Notes: a model not told the origin generated them from the letters alone. DNA of 64,000 nt from Promethearchaeota archaeon (GCA_048940445.1 JBHLON010000001.1:96001-160000), one strand, 5' to 3'; positions 29,232 to 40,239 are shown, counted from the stretch's first letter. Numbers and translations are program-made.

Positions 29232-30713
29232 TTAGATAATTATTGTAATCTCATCAACAATTTGTTCTTTCTTTTTGGGTTTTATATCTGTTTTAATATC
29301 TTGTAATTGAATTTTAGTTTGAGAAAATTTATTTCCTCTATTTAATCTATTAAATGTATTCTTTTTTTCATTTGAAAATGTTTTAAAATTGAATCCCATG
29401 AGGTTCTCTGCTTCCTTGTTTTTAAATTTCATTAGCCAATTGAAATCATCTAAATATAGAACTATCTCATCTAATAATGTAATCTTTTCCAATTCAGTTG
29501 TAAAATACGTATCTCTGACCTTAATTGGAATGGGTCTGCCCCACTCTTGAAGTTCGTCTATTAGTAATAAGAAAAAAGCTAATGGATGTTTATCAAATGT
29601 ATATTCTTTTAGTTGTGCTTTAAAATTGTGGATCGCCATTGCTTTTGCCACTAAAATATAGCCTGAATATTCATCATTATTTTTAATTTCATCAGGTGTC
29701 CCCAAGCTATTCAATAAAGAAAGAGCAGAAATTACACCATGGTCTAGGTTTATTGGATTTGTATATTCATATTCTGGATGACCTTTTTCTCCTTTAAGGT
29801 AAATTTGCGGTTCTTTAGGAATTAAACTTGGATGATCAATTCCCGTTCCGATTCTTATGAGTGACCGTGCTTCCTTTGAGAGCCCTTCTTCAATTATTTT
29901 TAAGTAAGCTTCTTGAGATCCTTTCCATGATAATCCAATTTCAAGAGGTATAAATTCAAGATCCAGAGTAGGATAACATTTTAGCAATTGATTTACTAAT
30001 GAATAATTAATAGCTGTCGTCATTTTACTTAATGGGTAGCCAATATCATGGATTAACCCTGCAATCCACCAAAATTTATCTTTAATTACATTCTTTTCTA
30101 ATTCAGTCAAATCTGCAATAACACCAGCTAACTCGCCTTGCCCTAAATCTTGCTCTAAAAGAAAATCTCCTAAAACTGCTACTCGAAGCGCATGCTCTGT
30201 ATGATCTCTATAATATTTTTTAACACTAGTACTATATAAGAATGCTTCTAGGTCTGGTAAAGCACGAAGTAAATATAATATTCCTTCTGAATCAATTCCA
30301 CGTTCTTTTGATACATCATAAAGAGCAGATGATAGATTTTTTTGCTTTCCCATTAAAAAGTCAAGATCAAGCTCAGTTTCTAACTGACTCTTAATTTCCT
30401 TATGAACTGAGCTCACAATTTTATTTGCTAAATCTGTACCAAATCCTAAAGCTTTTCTCTCTAAGAATCCTATATTACCCAATTCTTTTTGAATATTAGG
30501 TAATTCTCTTCGGAGAATTGCTAAATTACGATCAATATCTTTAAGAGAAGCTATGTCTCCATTTTGTTTTACTTTTTCAAGACTCTTAGGTGTTATTTCT
30601 TTTACACTTTTTTGGACTGTATCAATTACATTATTTAACCAATCAGTAAAGCTTGAGCTTTGAGAAGAAATTCGATCTAAAACCCATTTATCGTTAATGA
30701 TGTGTTCGCTCAA
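29232..30713 (-). CDS. HD-superfamily metal-dependent phosphohydrolase
   Basis: RDHTEHALRV, LIHDIGYP, DHG, AIHN, DELQEWGR; TTG 30713 is preceded by a GGTG SD. Confidence 0.8.
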   Translation of the reverse strand: MSEHIINDKWVLDRISSQSSSFTDWLNNVIDTVQKSVKEITPKSLEKVKQNGDIASLKDIDRNLAILRRELPNIQKELGNIGFLERKALGFGTDLANKIVSSVHKEIKSQLETELDLDFLMGKQKNLSSALYDVSKERGIDSEGILYLLRALPDLEAFLYSTSVKKYYRDHTEHALRVAVLGDFLLEQDLGQGELAGVIADLTELEKNVIKDKFWWIAGLIHDIGYPLSKMTTAINYSLVNQLLKCYPTLDLEFIPLEIGLSWKGSQEAYLKIIEEGLSKEARSLIRIGTGIDHPSLIPKEPQIYLKGEKGHPEYEYTNPINLDHGVISALSLLNSLGTPDEIKNNDEYSGYILVAKAMAIHNFKAQLKEYTFDKHPLAFFLLLIDELQEWGRPIPIKVRDTYFTTELEKITLLDEIVLYLDDFNWLMKFKNKEAENLMGFNFKTFSNEKKNTFNRLNRGNKFSQTKIQLQDIKTDIKPKKKEQIVDEITIII

Positions 30714-30787
30714 ATTTAACACCAGTATTATTTCAATAAGCAACAATAGTAAGCATTAAATTTTATCTTTTCTCTATTACATTAAAA

Positions 30788-31093
30788 ATGAAATATGTGG
30801 TATTGATGGAGGATATAAAAAAAAATGCTCTTGTTATTTACGAAGCAATTTTTGAAAGAAAAAAAAAAGTGATTATTGATGAAATTGAATATCCTATCGA
30901 AAAATTCTCAAGCGGTGTTAAATATTTAGATTATTTTGGTTATCGTTATATTCAACAAAACTGGAAAAAAAAGTCAGAATGGGGTAAAAAAGCTCGCGAA
31001 GGACATAAAATTATGTGGATCATTAAAGGAAGACGTTATATAGCTAGAATTATGGATGGAGAATATACAGATTTGTTAAAAAAAGAAAATTGA
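30788..31093 (+). CDS. Small basic hypothetical protein
   Basis: 101-aa ORF; YIQQN..K.S.W...AR.GHKIMW motif. Confidence 0.65.
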   Translation: MKYVVLMEDIKKNALVIYEAIFERKKKVIIDEIEYPIEKFSSGVKYLDYFGYRYIQQNWKKKSEWGKKAREGHKIMWIIKGRRYIARIMDGEYTDLLKKEN

Positions 31094-31157
31094 GAAAAGT
31101 TGCTTACAATTTCTTTTAATTTATAACGTATAATTATATAATTTGAAGTATCAAAAT

Positions 31158-32504
31158 CTATATTTTCAGCGATTTCAAGGATTTAATTGATTCGGGAATA
31201 TTTTTTATTACATTTCCAGTAAGATCTAAAATTTTGAGATTTTGTAAATTAATTATATGTTCAGGAACACTATTAAGGTTTCCTTGATCCGTTTTCAGAT
31301 AAAAGTATTCTAACTTTTCTAAATTACCTATAGAGGCTGGAATTTCACCGATTTTATTATAATTCAAATTTAAAATCTGTAAGTTGGTTAATTCTCCAAT
31401 ACAATTAGGAATAAATCTAATATTTTGGTTTACCATACATAACTCTACTAATAACTTTAAATTGCAAATCTCTTTCGGGAAAATTCCAATAGGAGAAAGC
31501 TCTGAAGATATATAAAGAGTGTGTATATTACCATTATTATTAATTTTATAATAAAATAATAATGAATGAGAAGCAGAGCTATCTAATTCTAATCTAATAA
31601 AAGCTTGACCAGTTAGAATCTCCAATAATCCTAATATCGAAGCCTCTTTAAAATTTACTCCATCTTTAACATATTTTTTAGTAAAATAATCTTTTGAGGC
31701 TACTTTCAATACCCAATTCGGAATGCTTTCAATCTGATTGTTATTTAATATAAGATTTTTAAGATTAGACAAATAACCAGAATCATCTGGTATGGATTCA
31801 ATTTTACTACGTTTAATTACTAAATTCTCTAATTTAGAGAGGGTGTGAAGAGAATTTGGTATTTTTGCAAGATTTTCTAATACCAATCCCGTGATACATC
31901 CATCTTTTGTCGATTTTATCCTCCCTAAACCTTTAAATCCTATTTCAGAATTCTCCTTAAATAATTTTTTTCTTTCAATTTCAGATATTTTAAATTTATT
32001 TGAAAATTCACTAAAGGTCTTGATGAATTTTTCATAATCAAGAAAATCTAATTCTAATATAAATCTAGAATCTGCTTTTCTTAGATTGTAAATCATTTCT
32101 AATTTTTTTAGAATTTTTTCTTTAAAGATTTGAAGTTTTGAATCTTGAGATTCATCTATAAAATCCAACATTTTTTTATAAAATAAAATAGATTTTTCAT
32201 TGTTAACTAACCAATTTAATGCATTTTTAGTTTGATCAAGATTATTTTTAAGAGCAAATTTTGCGGCACTAAATCTTACTAAAGGTGATTCATCAGTGAT
32301 TATACATTTTTCGACGATTTTAACAACTTTTTCATTAAAAAATGATAATTTTTCGATTAGGTTAATTGCTTGAACCCTAATTTCTTCCTTATCACTTTCA
32401 TTGATAAACGATTCAAGATTCTTTAGGGCTTCAATTTTATTAACTTTATTCTTTATAAAATCTTCATAAATTCTATCTGGATCAAAATTTTTATCCATCT
32501 TCAA
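31158..32504 (-). CDS. HEAT-repeat plus leucine-rich-repeat protein
   Basis: ESDKEEIRVQAI and DESPLVRFSAA HEAT units; IP..IG.L..L..L.L..N LRRs. Confidence 0.88.
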   Translation of the reverse strand: MKMDKNFDPDRIYEDFIKNKVNKIEALKNLESFINESDKEEIRVQAINLIEKLSFFNEKVVKIVEKCIITDESPLVRFSAAKFALKNNLDQTKNALNWLVNNEKSILFYKKMLDFIDESQDSKLQIFKEKILKKLEMIYNLRKADSRFILELDFLDYEKFIKTFSEFSNKFKISEIERKKLFKENSEIGFKGLGRIKSTKDGCITGLVLENLAKIPNSLHTLSKLENLVIKRSKIESIPDDSGYLSNLKNLILNNNQIESIPNWVLKVASKDYFTKKYVKDGVNFKEASILGLLEILTGQAFIRLELDSSASHSLLFYYKINNNGNIHTLYISSELSPIGIFPKEICNLKLLVELCMVNQNIRFIPNCIGELTNLQILNLNYNKIGEIPASIGNLEKLEYFYLKTDQGNLNSVPEHIINLQNLKILDLTGNVIKNIPESIKSLKSLKI

Positions 32505-32523
32505 AAAATCGTAAATTATTTAG

Positions 32524-33660
32524 TTAAATTAAACTTTCCTTTACCACTTCATGGTGACAAAAGTTAATTGATTGCATTTCCTTAGTATATAGCCTAATAT
32601 CTTTTAAAACTTTAACATAAGAAGCTAGTATAACTAAATTCTCATTTTGTCCCTTTAATTGAACATTTTCTTCAAGAAGACAATTATCAGAAATTATTGA
32701 CTTTTCAATCTTAACTTTTTTTGAGATATAAGATTCATTGTATATTAATGTTTCTTTGATTTGGGTTTCTTTATCTATATAAACATTATCACCGATAATT
32801 ACATTCGGACCTATAACACAATTTCCTCTAATAATAACTTTTTTTCCTATTACACAGGGATGAATGATTTTAGTAGTTGGATCAATATCAACAGAATCAT
32901 CAATTAATGATTTCCTTTTTTCATTTAGATTATGTAAAATATCGTTCATTAACAAGATACTTCCTTGATATAAATCATATGGCTTTCCAATATCTTTCCA
33001 TATACCTGTAATAGGAAAGTGAAATAATTTATTCTCAGCAGCTAATTTATGAAATATGTCTCTCTCCATTGAAAGTTTTTTATTTGGTTCAATGTAGGAG
33101 AATATTTCTGGTTCTAAAATATAGAGCCCTGCATTGATAGGTATTGGAGTATATTTACCGTTAGGAGGAAAATACTCTTCTTTTTCAAGAAACTTTTTAA
33201 GCTGATTAGTTTCTGGATTAATTATCAGAACTCCATAAGGAGAGGGATCATCGACGATTTTGCTAGCTATTGTACCTCTTGCTTGAGATTTTTCATGAAA
33301 TTCAAGCATATCTTTAAAATTAAAATTTAAAATGATATCTCCATTTAACATAAAGAAATTCTCATCTTTCAGATAAGATTCCGCTAACTTGATTGCCCCT
33401 GCTGTTCCCATAGGATATTTTTCATTTGTGTAATGAATTTTTACTCCAAACTTACTTCCATCTTTAAAGTAATTTTGTACTACTTCAGACATTACACTTA
33501 CAGCCAATATTATTTCTTTAACACCTGCGGATTTCAAGAGTAAAATCTGTCTTTCAATAACAGGTTTATTAACAATAGGTATCAAGGATTTAGGAATAGT
33601 GCAAGTTAAAGGTCGTAACCTTGTTCCCCAACCACCAGATAAAATTATCCCTTTAGTCAT
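32524..33660 (-). CDS. NDP-sugar pyrophosphorylase (mannose-1-P guanylyltransferase/GlmU-like) with LbH tail
   Basis: ILSGGWGTRLRPLT...PK, GTAGAI, NGD, INAGLY, WKDIG; hexapeptide repeats. Confidence 0.92.
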   Translation of the reverse strand: MTKGIILSGGWGTRLRPLTCTIPKSLIPIVNKPVIERQILLLKSAGVKEIILAVSVMSEVVQNYFKDGSKFGVKIHYTNEKYPMGTAGAIKLAESYLKDENFFMLNGDIILNFNFKDMLEFHEKSQARGTIASKIVDDPSPYGVLIINPETNQLKKFLEKEEYFPPNGKYTPIPINAGLYILEPEIFSYIEPNKKLSMERDIFHKLAAENKLFHFPITGIWKDIGKPYDLYQGSILLMNDILHNLNEKRKSLIDDSVDIDPTTKIIHPCVIGKKVIIRGNCVIGPNVIIGDNVYIDKETQIKETLIYNESYISKKVKIEKSIISDNCLLEENVQLKGQNENLVILASYVKVLKDIRLYTKEMQSINFCHHEVVKESLI

Positions 33661-33797
33661 TTCATAAGTCCTTTATATGAGTACTTGTATGTAATTAATA
33701 TTTTCTAAAAAAAATTTAGGTTTCTGACGATAAATCTTCTGGTTCATTTAATAATAGAAAAATGAATATGTAACTTAAATTAATGATCTATTTCTTA

Positions 33798-35051
33798 TTA
33801 TTTATCATATACATGTTCATATTTAACAGACGACACGTTTGTAACTAAAAGTGTAGTAGTCACTACAACAACAATTAAGTAGGCAAAGGATAAATAAAGA
33901 GGGATAATCCCTATTAACGCTGCTAAAGTACCAGCCACCAAACTCCCTAGAGGTATTACAAACCATGCTAATGAAACAACGATGGACATTACTTTTCCTT
34001 GTTTTTCTGCTGGAACATGTAATTGGATGATCGTTAGAAAATTTGTATTAATCAAGGGAGTCATTGCGGCACGTATCATCCCACCAATACCTATCATCGC
34101 AAAAAAACCAATTGGAGAAAGTGCAGATATAACATAACCTACAGCTGAAATCAGAATACAACTTGTGATTACTAATACTCTATTTTTATAGTCTTTTTTA
34201 ATTGTCGCTATCACTGCCCCCACGATCATACCTATTTGCATTAACCCTACAATAAATGCATAAGAATATTGATTTCCATGATGAACATCTCCCACAAATA
34301 CCGGCAATAATGTACCAAAAGGTACACCTAAAAAGTTTACAACTGAGATAAGTATTAATAAAATTACAAGTCCTGGAACCTTCCTAAGTCCTCTAGTTCC
34401 TTGCCTAAAGTCTCTAAAAAAAGAAAACTTTTTCGCTTTAAAGTTGTTCTGCTTAACTTTTGGAATCCTAATCAATATCAGGGGTATTAAAGCAATAAAA
34501 AAAGTTATAACATCCGCCCATAAGATGGTTGCAATTGGAAAAAACCCATAAAGTACCGCTCCAACAGCAGGTCCAGCAATTTGAACGAGTCCGTTAAAAC
34601 CATAATCAATAGCATTCATTCTACTCAAATATTTTTTAGGAATCATTATTGGAATTATAGCTTTTACAGTTGGAAAATGAAATGCTTGACAAACTCCACG
34701 AAGACTATTAATAAGAATTACAATCGTTACATTTTCCATCCCAGACATAAAGATCAGTATTAAGCAGAACGTAATAAAAGCTTGCATAGAATCTGCAATC
34801 GCTATAACATATTTTCGATTCCATTTATCAATGAAAACCCCAGCAATAGGACTCAAAACAATTAATGGCAACATATTTAAGAAATTTGCAAAACCTAGTA
34901 AAAAACTTGCCAAATTTACATCAGGCGTGATTTCCCTAATCCACCAAACTATTACAAAACCTACTACAGAGGACCCAAGTAACGAAAATAATTGACCACC
35001 CCAAAAAAAAATGTAACTCTTAAAAGTATTACCTGTTGCTATAGAATGCAT
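33798..35051 (-). CDS. MFS transporter (Mef/DHA3-like)
   Basis: GQLFSLLGS, AGVFIDKWNRK motif A, 12 TM. Confidence 0.9.
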   Translation of the reverse strand: MHSIATGNTFKSYIFFWGGQLFSLLGSSVVGFVIVWWIREITPDVNLASFLLGFANFLNMLPLIVLSPIAGVFIDKWNRKYVIAIADSMQAFITFCLILIFMSGMENVTIVILINSLRGVCQAFHFPTVKAIIPIMIPKKYLSRMNAIDYGFNGLVQIAGPAVGAVLYGFFPIATILWADVITFFIALIPLILIRIPKVKQNNFKAKKFSFFRDFRQGTRGLRKVPGLVILLILISVVNFLGVPFGTLLPVFVGDVHHGNQYSYAFIVGLMQIGMIVGAVIATIKKDYKNRVLVITSCILISAVGYVISALSPIGFFAMIGIGGMIRAAMTPLINTNFLTIIQLHVPAEKQGKVMSIVVSLAWFVIPLGSLVAGTLAALIGIIPLYLSFAYLIVVVVTTTLLVTNVSSVKYEHVYDK

Positions 35052-35161
35052 ATTCTATGATTTTGATAAATAAAAATTCTTAATAAAATAAAAAATAAAG
35101 TTTTGTATTTGTAGTTTTTGTGCTTGAAGTTAAATTGAACTAGTTGTTTCTTAATTGAAAC

Positions 35162-36943
35162 TTATTTTTTATATAATGGATCCGCTTCTTGAAGTAGCCT
35201 TCTTTGAACTTTTCCCATTACACTTTTAGGAATTTCGTCAATAAATTCTATATATTTAGGTATTTTCCAGTGTGTCATATTTTCTTCTGCCCATTTTAGG
35301 AGATCTTGTTCAGAGATTTTTCCAATATAACCTGATTTTAATGCAATCCATGCTTTGGTTATTTCTCCAACTTTTCCCTCAGGATCCGGTAATCCAGCAA
35401 CTGCAGCTTCAGAGACAGCCTCGTGCTTCATAAGCATTGTTTCTATTTCAGTGGGAAATACAGAATGACCAGCAACTTTAATTAGTTGCTTTTTTCTATC
35501 CATTAATGTAATAGTTCCATCTTCTCGCATATATCCAATATCACCTGTTCTTAACCAAATTCTACCATCCCATTGTTGTAAAGTCTGTTTAGTTTCTTCT
35601 GGCTGATTCAAGTATTCTTTCATTACCTGAGGACCATAAATACATACTTCTCCTGTATAATGTTCTCCATATTTCGAACCAGGGAGTCCATCAGCTATAG
35701 GTCCATTATTTAATGTTGGTGCATTTGCATCAAAAATACTCCAATCTGTTCCTGGTAAAGGCATACCAATTGTTCCTATTGGAGATTCTCCGAATAGGTT
35801 ACCAGCACTAACAATGGGGCTTGCTTCTGATAACCCATACCCTTCTACAATTCTTCCTCCGGTCTTTTTCTCAAATGCATCCCTTATAGGAGCATGAAGT
35901 GGACCAGCTCCAGAGACATTTAGTTTCATTTTTCCCATCAAATGAGAGAATTTATTTAAATATGGATAATCTGTTATTCGTTTAAATAGTATCTCTGCTG
36001 CAGCATAAGCAAGACCTTGAGGGGCTGGTAATTTATCTATAGTTTTAAGTAAATCTTCTGTAGAAGGGGGTCTAGCAAAAAGCATCATCCATCCTCCAAG
36101 ACCAATTGCTACATGCATTACAGCAGTCATAGCAAAGGAATGAAATAAGGGTAAAACACCTATATCTCCTATACCCGGCTGTTCTCCTCCAAAAATTTCA
36201 ACTACTTGTCTAACATTAGATACTAAATTGAAATGAGTTAAAACTGTAGCTTTGGGTACCCCAGTAGTTCCACCCGTCATTATATAAGTTGCAGTATGAG
36301 TCGAGGGATCAAAACTAACTTGTGGAACATTTGAGGGTGTATTTAAAAGATCCAAAAATTTATGTGAGGGAATAAAATCAACTTTTCCAGAAGGTAATTT
36401 TCCTAACATTTTTCCTAAAATCTTTTTAAGACCCTTAAATCCAGATGCTAAGTCAATAATATTGGTATATATAACTAATTCAACGTCTGTCTTTTCAATG
36501 ATAGGTGCCGCTAGATCTTTATATAATGAATCTAAAACAATTAATACTTTTGCTTTAGTTAATTCGAGATGATGACGTACTTCTAGAGGTTTATACGTAG
36601 GATTTATCCCAGTAGAAATTACTCCCAACTTAGCACATGCGTAGAAAGCAATAATATATTGAAAACAATTCGGTAACAACAATGCTACTACGTCATTTTT
36701 AGTTATACCTAAATTGTGAAGAGCTGTTGCAAAAGAATCAATGTAATTTCCTGCTTCATCATAAGTCATCCAAGTATCTAAGAACCACATTACATTATAG
36801 TCAGAATATTTCTTCCTTTGTCTTTCAAAAAATTCTCCAAGGCTAATATTTTCGAAATCAGTATTAAAAGGGACTCCTTCAGGCCACCAACTATGAAACC
36901 AACTCTTTTCCTCGTTAATATGAAATTTTTTCATAAATAACAC
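35162..36943 (-). CDS. Long-chain fatty-acid--CoA ligase
   Basis: TGGTTGVPK, EGYGLSEASP, WLRTGDIG, DRKK, GKVQRR. Confidence 0.93.
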   Translation of the reverse strand: MLFMKKFHINEEKSWFHSWWPEGVPFNTDFENISLGEFFERQRKKYSDYNVMWFLDTWMTYDEAGNYIDSFATALHNLGITKNDVVALLLPNCFQYIIAFYACAKLGVISTGINPTYKPLEVRHHLELTKAKVLIVLDSLYKDLAAPIIEKTDVELVIYTNIIDLASGFKGLKKILGKMLGKLPSGKVDFIPSHKFLDLLNTPSNVPQVSFDPSTHTATYIMTGGTTGVPKATVLTHFNLVSNVRQVVEIFGGEQPGIGDIGVLPLFHSFAMTAVMHVAIGLGGWMMLFARPPSTEDLLKTIDKLPAPQGLAYAAAEILFKRITDYPYLNKFSHLMGKMKLNVSGAGPLHAPIRDAFEKKTGGRIVEGYGLSEASPIVSAGNLFGESPIGTIGMPLPGTDWSIFDANAPTLNNGPIADGLPGSKYGEHYTGEVCIYGPQVMKEYLNQPEETKQTLQQWDGRIWLRTGDIGYMREDGTITLMDRKKQLIKVAGHSVFPTEIETMLMKHEAVSEAAVAGLPDPEGKVGEITKAWIALKSGYIGKISEQDLLKWAEENMTHWKIPKYIEFIDEIPKSVMGKVQRRLLQEADPLYKK

Positions 36944-37061
36944 CCCTCTTACAAATTCTTTATATCAAAAATTAATTTTATAGTACAAATAATATTTTTA
37001 AGAGAGTTTAATATAAAAAGTTTATAAGTATTAATCAAAATTTCTATAAAATGAAGTGGTT

Positions 37062-38168
37062 TTAAATATCATCTGTCACTTTCTTTGAAAAGTAAAATAC
37101 TCCTGGTTCAATCCCTCTTCTTTCAGCTATTTTATAGAATAATAGTTGAATAATAATTATTTCTAATATTGGTGCTAAGTGGTTATCCATAACATTATGT
37201 TTATAGACTAGCACTTTAGGATTATTGTGTATTGCTTCAAGTTCTTCATTAAAGTTTTGATTTGTTATATGCAGAAGTTTTTTGCATTTCCATTTGTTTA
37301 TAAGGTGCTCCAAAAATGTTTTACTCAACAGTAGATTTTTCTCATCAGCAGTGATTAAGATTATTATTGTATTGTCATTAAGGCATTCAATCCCTCCATG
37401 ACGGAATATTGATATTGAAGTAGCTTCAGAATAGATTTTTGTTATCTCCTTACAGTTTAAAGCTGCTTGATGAGCTGTAACCATTGAGGATCCCCGTGAG
37501 ATAATTTCAATAAAGTTCATATCATATCCAACAAAATTCACTAAATTATTCCAAATTTTATTGATTAAATCATTTAGAAGGATAGTAATCTCTTCAATTA
37601 AGAGATCGATATGTTCATGCTCTTTTCCATTTATGAAGAATTCACCAGTTATTGTTTTTGCCATTACATAGAGTAATAATAAAGTACAAACATAGCTTTT
37701 CGAGGTCACAGAAGTTTCCTCATCAAAATTCATTAAAATTTGTAATTCTGTCATTGAAGCAAGATAACTATTAGGATTATTTGTAATGCCTATAGTGAGA
37801 GGTGTATCCTCAATTGAGTTAATTTTTCTTAATAACTCTCTAATTTCACCTGATTCTCCAGATTGAGAGATAATCACGATTCCAGTGTTCTTAAATATGT
37901 CTTGCTTTCTTTCTGGGAATAGATTAAAGAGAAATTCTCCAGAGTCTCTAATTTCTGTTGTTATTCCATATTGATTTAAAATATAGTAAGGTAAATAGGT
38001 ACTGATAAAACTACTACCCATACCAGTGAAAATTAACTTGGTTATACCCCCTTTTTTAATAAAGTCCTTCACGATCAAAAATTGAGCCTTCCCTTCGTTT
38101 AAGACATAATTTAAAGTATCTCTTAACGCTTGAGGTTGAGATTTAATCTCTGCTAAAAACTGATTCAT
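37062..38168 (-). CDS. SIS-domain sugar isomerase/deaminase (GlmS C-terminal/FrlB-like)
   Basis: EIKSQP, GMGSS, ISQSGES.E, ITN...S, KEIT, FRHG, SKKVT. Confidence 0.88.
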   Translation of the reverse strand: MNQFLAEIKSQPQALRDTLNYVLNEGKAQFLIVKDFIKKGGITKLIFTGMGSSFISTYLPYYILNQYGITTEIRDSGEFLFNLFPERKQDIFKNTGIVIISQSGESGEIRELLRKINSIEDTPLTIGITNNPNSYLASMTELQILMNFDEETSVTSKSYVCTLLLLYVMAKTITGEFFINGKEHEHIDLLIEEITILLNDLINKIWNNLVNFVGYDMNFIEIISRGSSMVTAHQAALNCKEITKIYSEATSISIFRHGGIECLNDNTIIILITADEKNLLLSKTFLEHLINKWKCKKLLHITNQNFNEELEAIHNNPKVLVYKHNVMDNHLAPILEIIIIQLLFYKIAERRGIEPGVFYFSKKVTDDI

Positions 38169-38245
38169 AAATAATAATAAAAAAAAATATAAAATAAAAT
38201 TAATTTAAAGAACTCAAATAGAAAACTTTATTGAGTTAATAGTTT

Positions 38246-38605
38246 ATGATTTGTAGACACGGTCTTGAAATAATTAATTGTCCGGTTTGTCGAATATCCA
38301 TTAATACACGACCATTAAATGATTTAAAACCAGATCTAATTACTAAAAATTTAATTAAACCAATGAGTCCTGTCTTTAAGCAACACTTTAAAAATAATAA
38401 TGATAAGCTAAATTTTGGTATTTCAAAGACTAAATTTACTCATACTGTTCCATTACCTAAAATGATGGGCCAAATACCCAATTTTGAAAACAGATTATTT
38501 CTTGAAAAACTCAAAGAAATAAATGTTAAGAAATTTAATAAATATGGAGTTTCAAAGAACATTCCTTTTTCAAAAAAGGAATTTAATCTTGAAAATATAG
38601 AGTAA
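38246..38605 (+). CDS. Hypothetical protein with N-terminal CxH-x6-CxxC motif
   Basis: MICRHGLEIINCPVC followed by a low-complexity basic tail. Confidence 0.55.
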   Translation: MICRHGLEIINCPVCRISINTRPLNDLKPDLITKNLIKPMSPVFKQHFKNNNDKLNFGISKTKFTHTVPLPKMMGQIPNFENRLFLEKLKEINVKKFNKYGVSKNIPFSKKEFNLENIE

Positions 38606-38712
38606 TTTTCATTTTATATTAATTAGACTTAAGTATTAATTTTTCACTTATTTAAATTATCATTACATCTAATAATTATAACTCAATTTAAATTAATAGA
38701 AGGTGGTATATT

Positions 38713-39360
38713 TTGGATTATCAAATGGAAATTTTTTGGTTAGATCATGCTGCTTTTAAGATTAATATGTTTAATGGTAAAATTATCTATTTAGACCCTT
38801 ATAAAATCAAGGAAGCAAAAGAAAAAGCAGACATAATAGTGACGTCGCATACACATAGCGATCACTTTTCCAAAGCAGATATTAAGAAAGTATGGCAGGA
38901 TAGCACAATTTTAATTGGACCTGAAAGTATTGCAAGCAGTTTAGAGAAGTATAACGGAAAAGCTCTCAGAATTGGAGATATCGTTGATTATAAAGATTTT
39001 AAAATAGAATTAGTTCCCGCATATACAATTAAAAAAGCCACCCATCCTAAGAGTAATCGATGGTCAGGAACAATTATTGAGGCTGGGGGAAAAAGTGTAT
39101 ATCATGCTGGAGATACGGAAAGAATCCCAGAAATGAAAGAATTAGCTAAAAGAAATATAACAGTTGCATTACTACCATGTGGAGGTACATATACTATGGA
39201 TTTTGAAGAATCCACTGATGCTGCGATGGATATCCAGCCTGAAATTGTCGTTCCAATGCACACGTGGGGAGCTAATTTAAATCAATACAAGGAAATTATG
39301 AATAAAAAAGACCCAAACATTAAGGTCGAGATTTTAGAGAATAGATCCCTAAAGATTTAG
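38713..39360 (+). CDS. Metallo-beta-lactamase fold hydrolase (UPF0173-like)
   Basis: SHTHSDH, YHAGDT, PMH. Confidence 0.9.
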   Translation: MDYQMEIFWLDHAAFKINMFNGKIIYLDPYKIKEAKEKADIIVTSHTHSDHFSKADIKKVWQDSTILIGPESIASSLEKYNGKALRIGDIVDYKDFKIELVPAYTIKKATHPKSNRWSGTIIEAGGKSVYHAGDTERIPEMKELAKRNITVALLPCGGTYTMDFEESTDAAMDIQPEIVVPMHTWGANLNQYKEIMNKKDPNIKVEILENRSLKI

Positions 39361-39462
39361 ACTTATTTATCTTTTTTACTTCTTTCTTTTTTTACTCCTA
39401 TGCAAAATATTAAATAATACTTGAATATAATATTACACATTCAATTTATTAGGTGATCCAAT

Positions 39463-40239
39463 ATAGAAACAACAAGAGTATTAGATTTAATATTTAAAAT
39501 CCTTTTATTGTCAATTGGGATTATCTTTGATATATTTATAATGTTATTTTGCAATGATTATACATATTTGGGCAGAGTATTATTTTCCACGGGTATATTT
39601 ATTGGGCCTACTTGCACTATTTTTGGAATTTCTTTCTTATTGCCTAGTAAGCACTCTGTTAGGATCTATTGGGTTATTATTGGATGTTTGATTGGTGCAG
39701 GTTCGATATATTTGGGTACTTACTTCTTAGTTAATTCATTTTTCAAAATACCTCAATATGCTTACTCTATCTTACCTTATCTTTTGTACATTATACCATA
39801 TATTCTTCTAGTAGGGGGAACACTTTTAATTATAGGTGCTCCATTAAATTTTGCAAGAAATTCGAAGAAGATAAGGAAATTGGACTCATTGTCTCAAGCA
39901 GATTTAGTTAATTTGTTCAGCTGTCCCAAATGTGGAACAATTGGTGCTATTTACTTTGTAAAGCCTGTTAAAGATCAACTTTTAGTAAAACAAAAATGTC
40001 CCTATCATGGAGGAAGACTTTTTAAACTCCCAATAAGATTAAAAGATGATTCAATTTCCCACTTCCAGGATGCTATATTTCGTTGTCTTAAATGTGGACA
40101 AAGGGCTACATCTTTTCACGTAAAATATTCATTACCTTGGGCTTTAATTACAGTAGATTGCCCAACCCATGGATTGAAAACCTATAAAATATGGTACACT
40201 GTCTACAGTGAAATTTCTGAAGGGATAATTGAGCGTTAG
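39463..40239 (+). CDS. 3-TM membrane protein with two tandem CxxC...CxxH metal-binding units (start possibly ATA 39463; track start TTG 39508)
   Basis: CPKC...CPYHG and CLKC...CPTHG; GGTGA SD precedes the in-frame ATA. Confidence 0.65.
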   Translation: METTRVLDLIFKILLLSIGIIFDIFIMLFCNDYTYLGRVLFSTGIFIGPTCTIFGISFLLPSKHSVRIYWVIIGCLIGAGSIYLGTYFLVNSFFKIPQYAYSILPYLLYIIPYILLVGGTLLIIGAPLNFARNSKKIRKLDSLSQADLVNLFSCPKCGTIGAIYFVKPVKDQLLVKQKCPYHGGRLFKLPIRLKDDSISHFQDAIFRCLKCGQRATSFHVKYSLPWALITVDCPTHGLKTYKIWYTVYSEISEGIIER

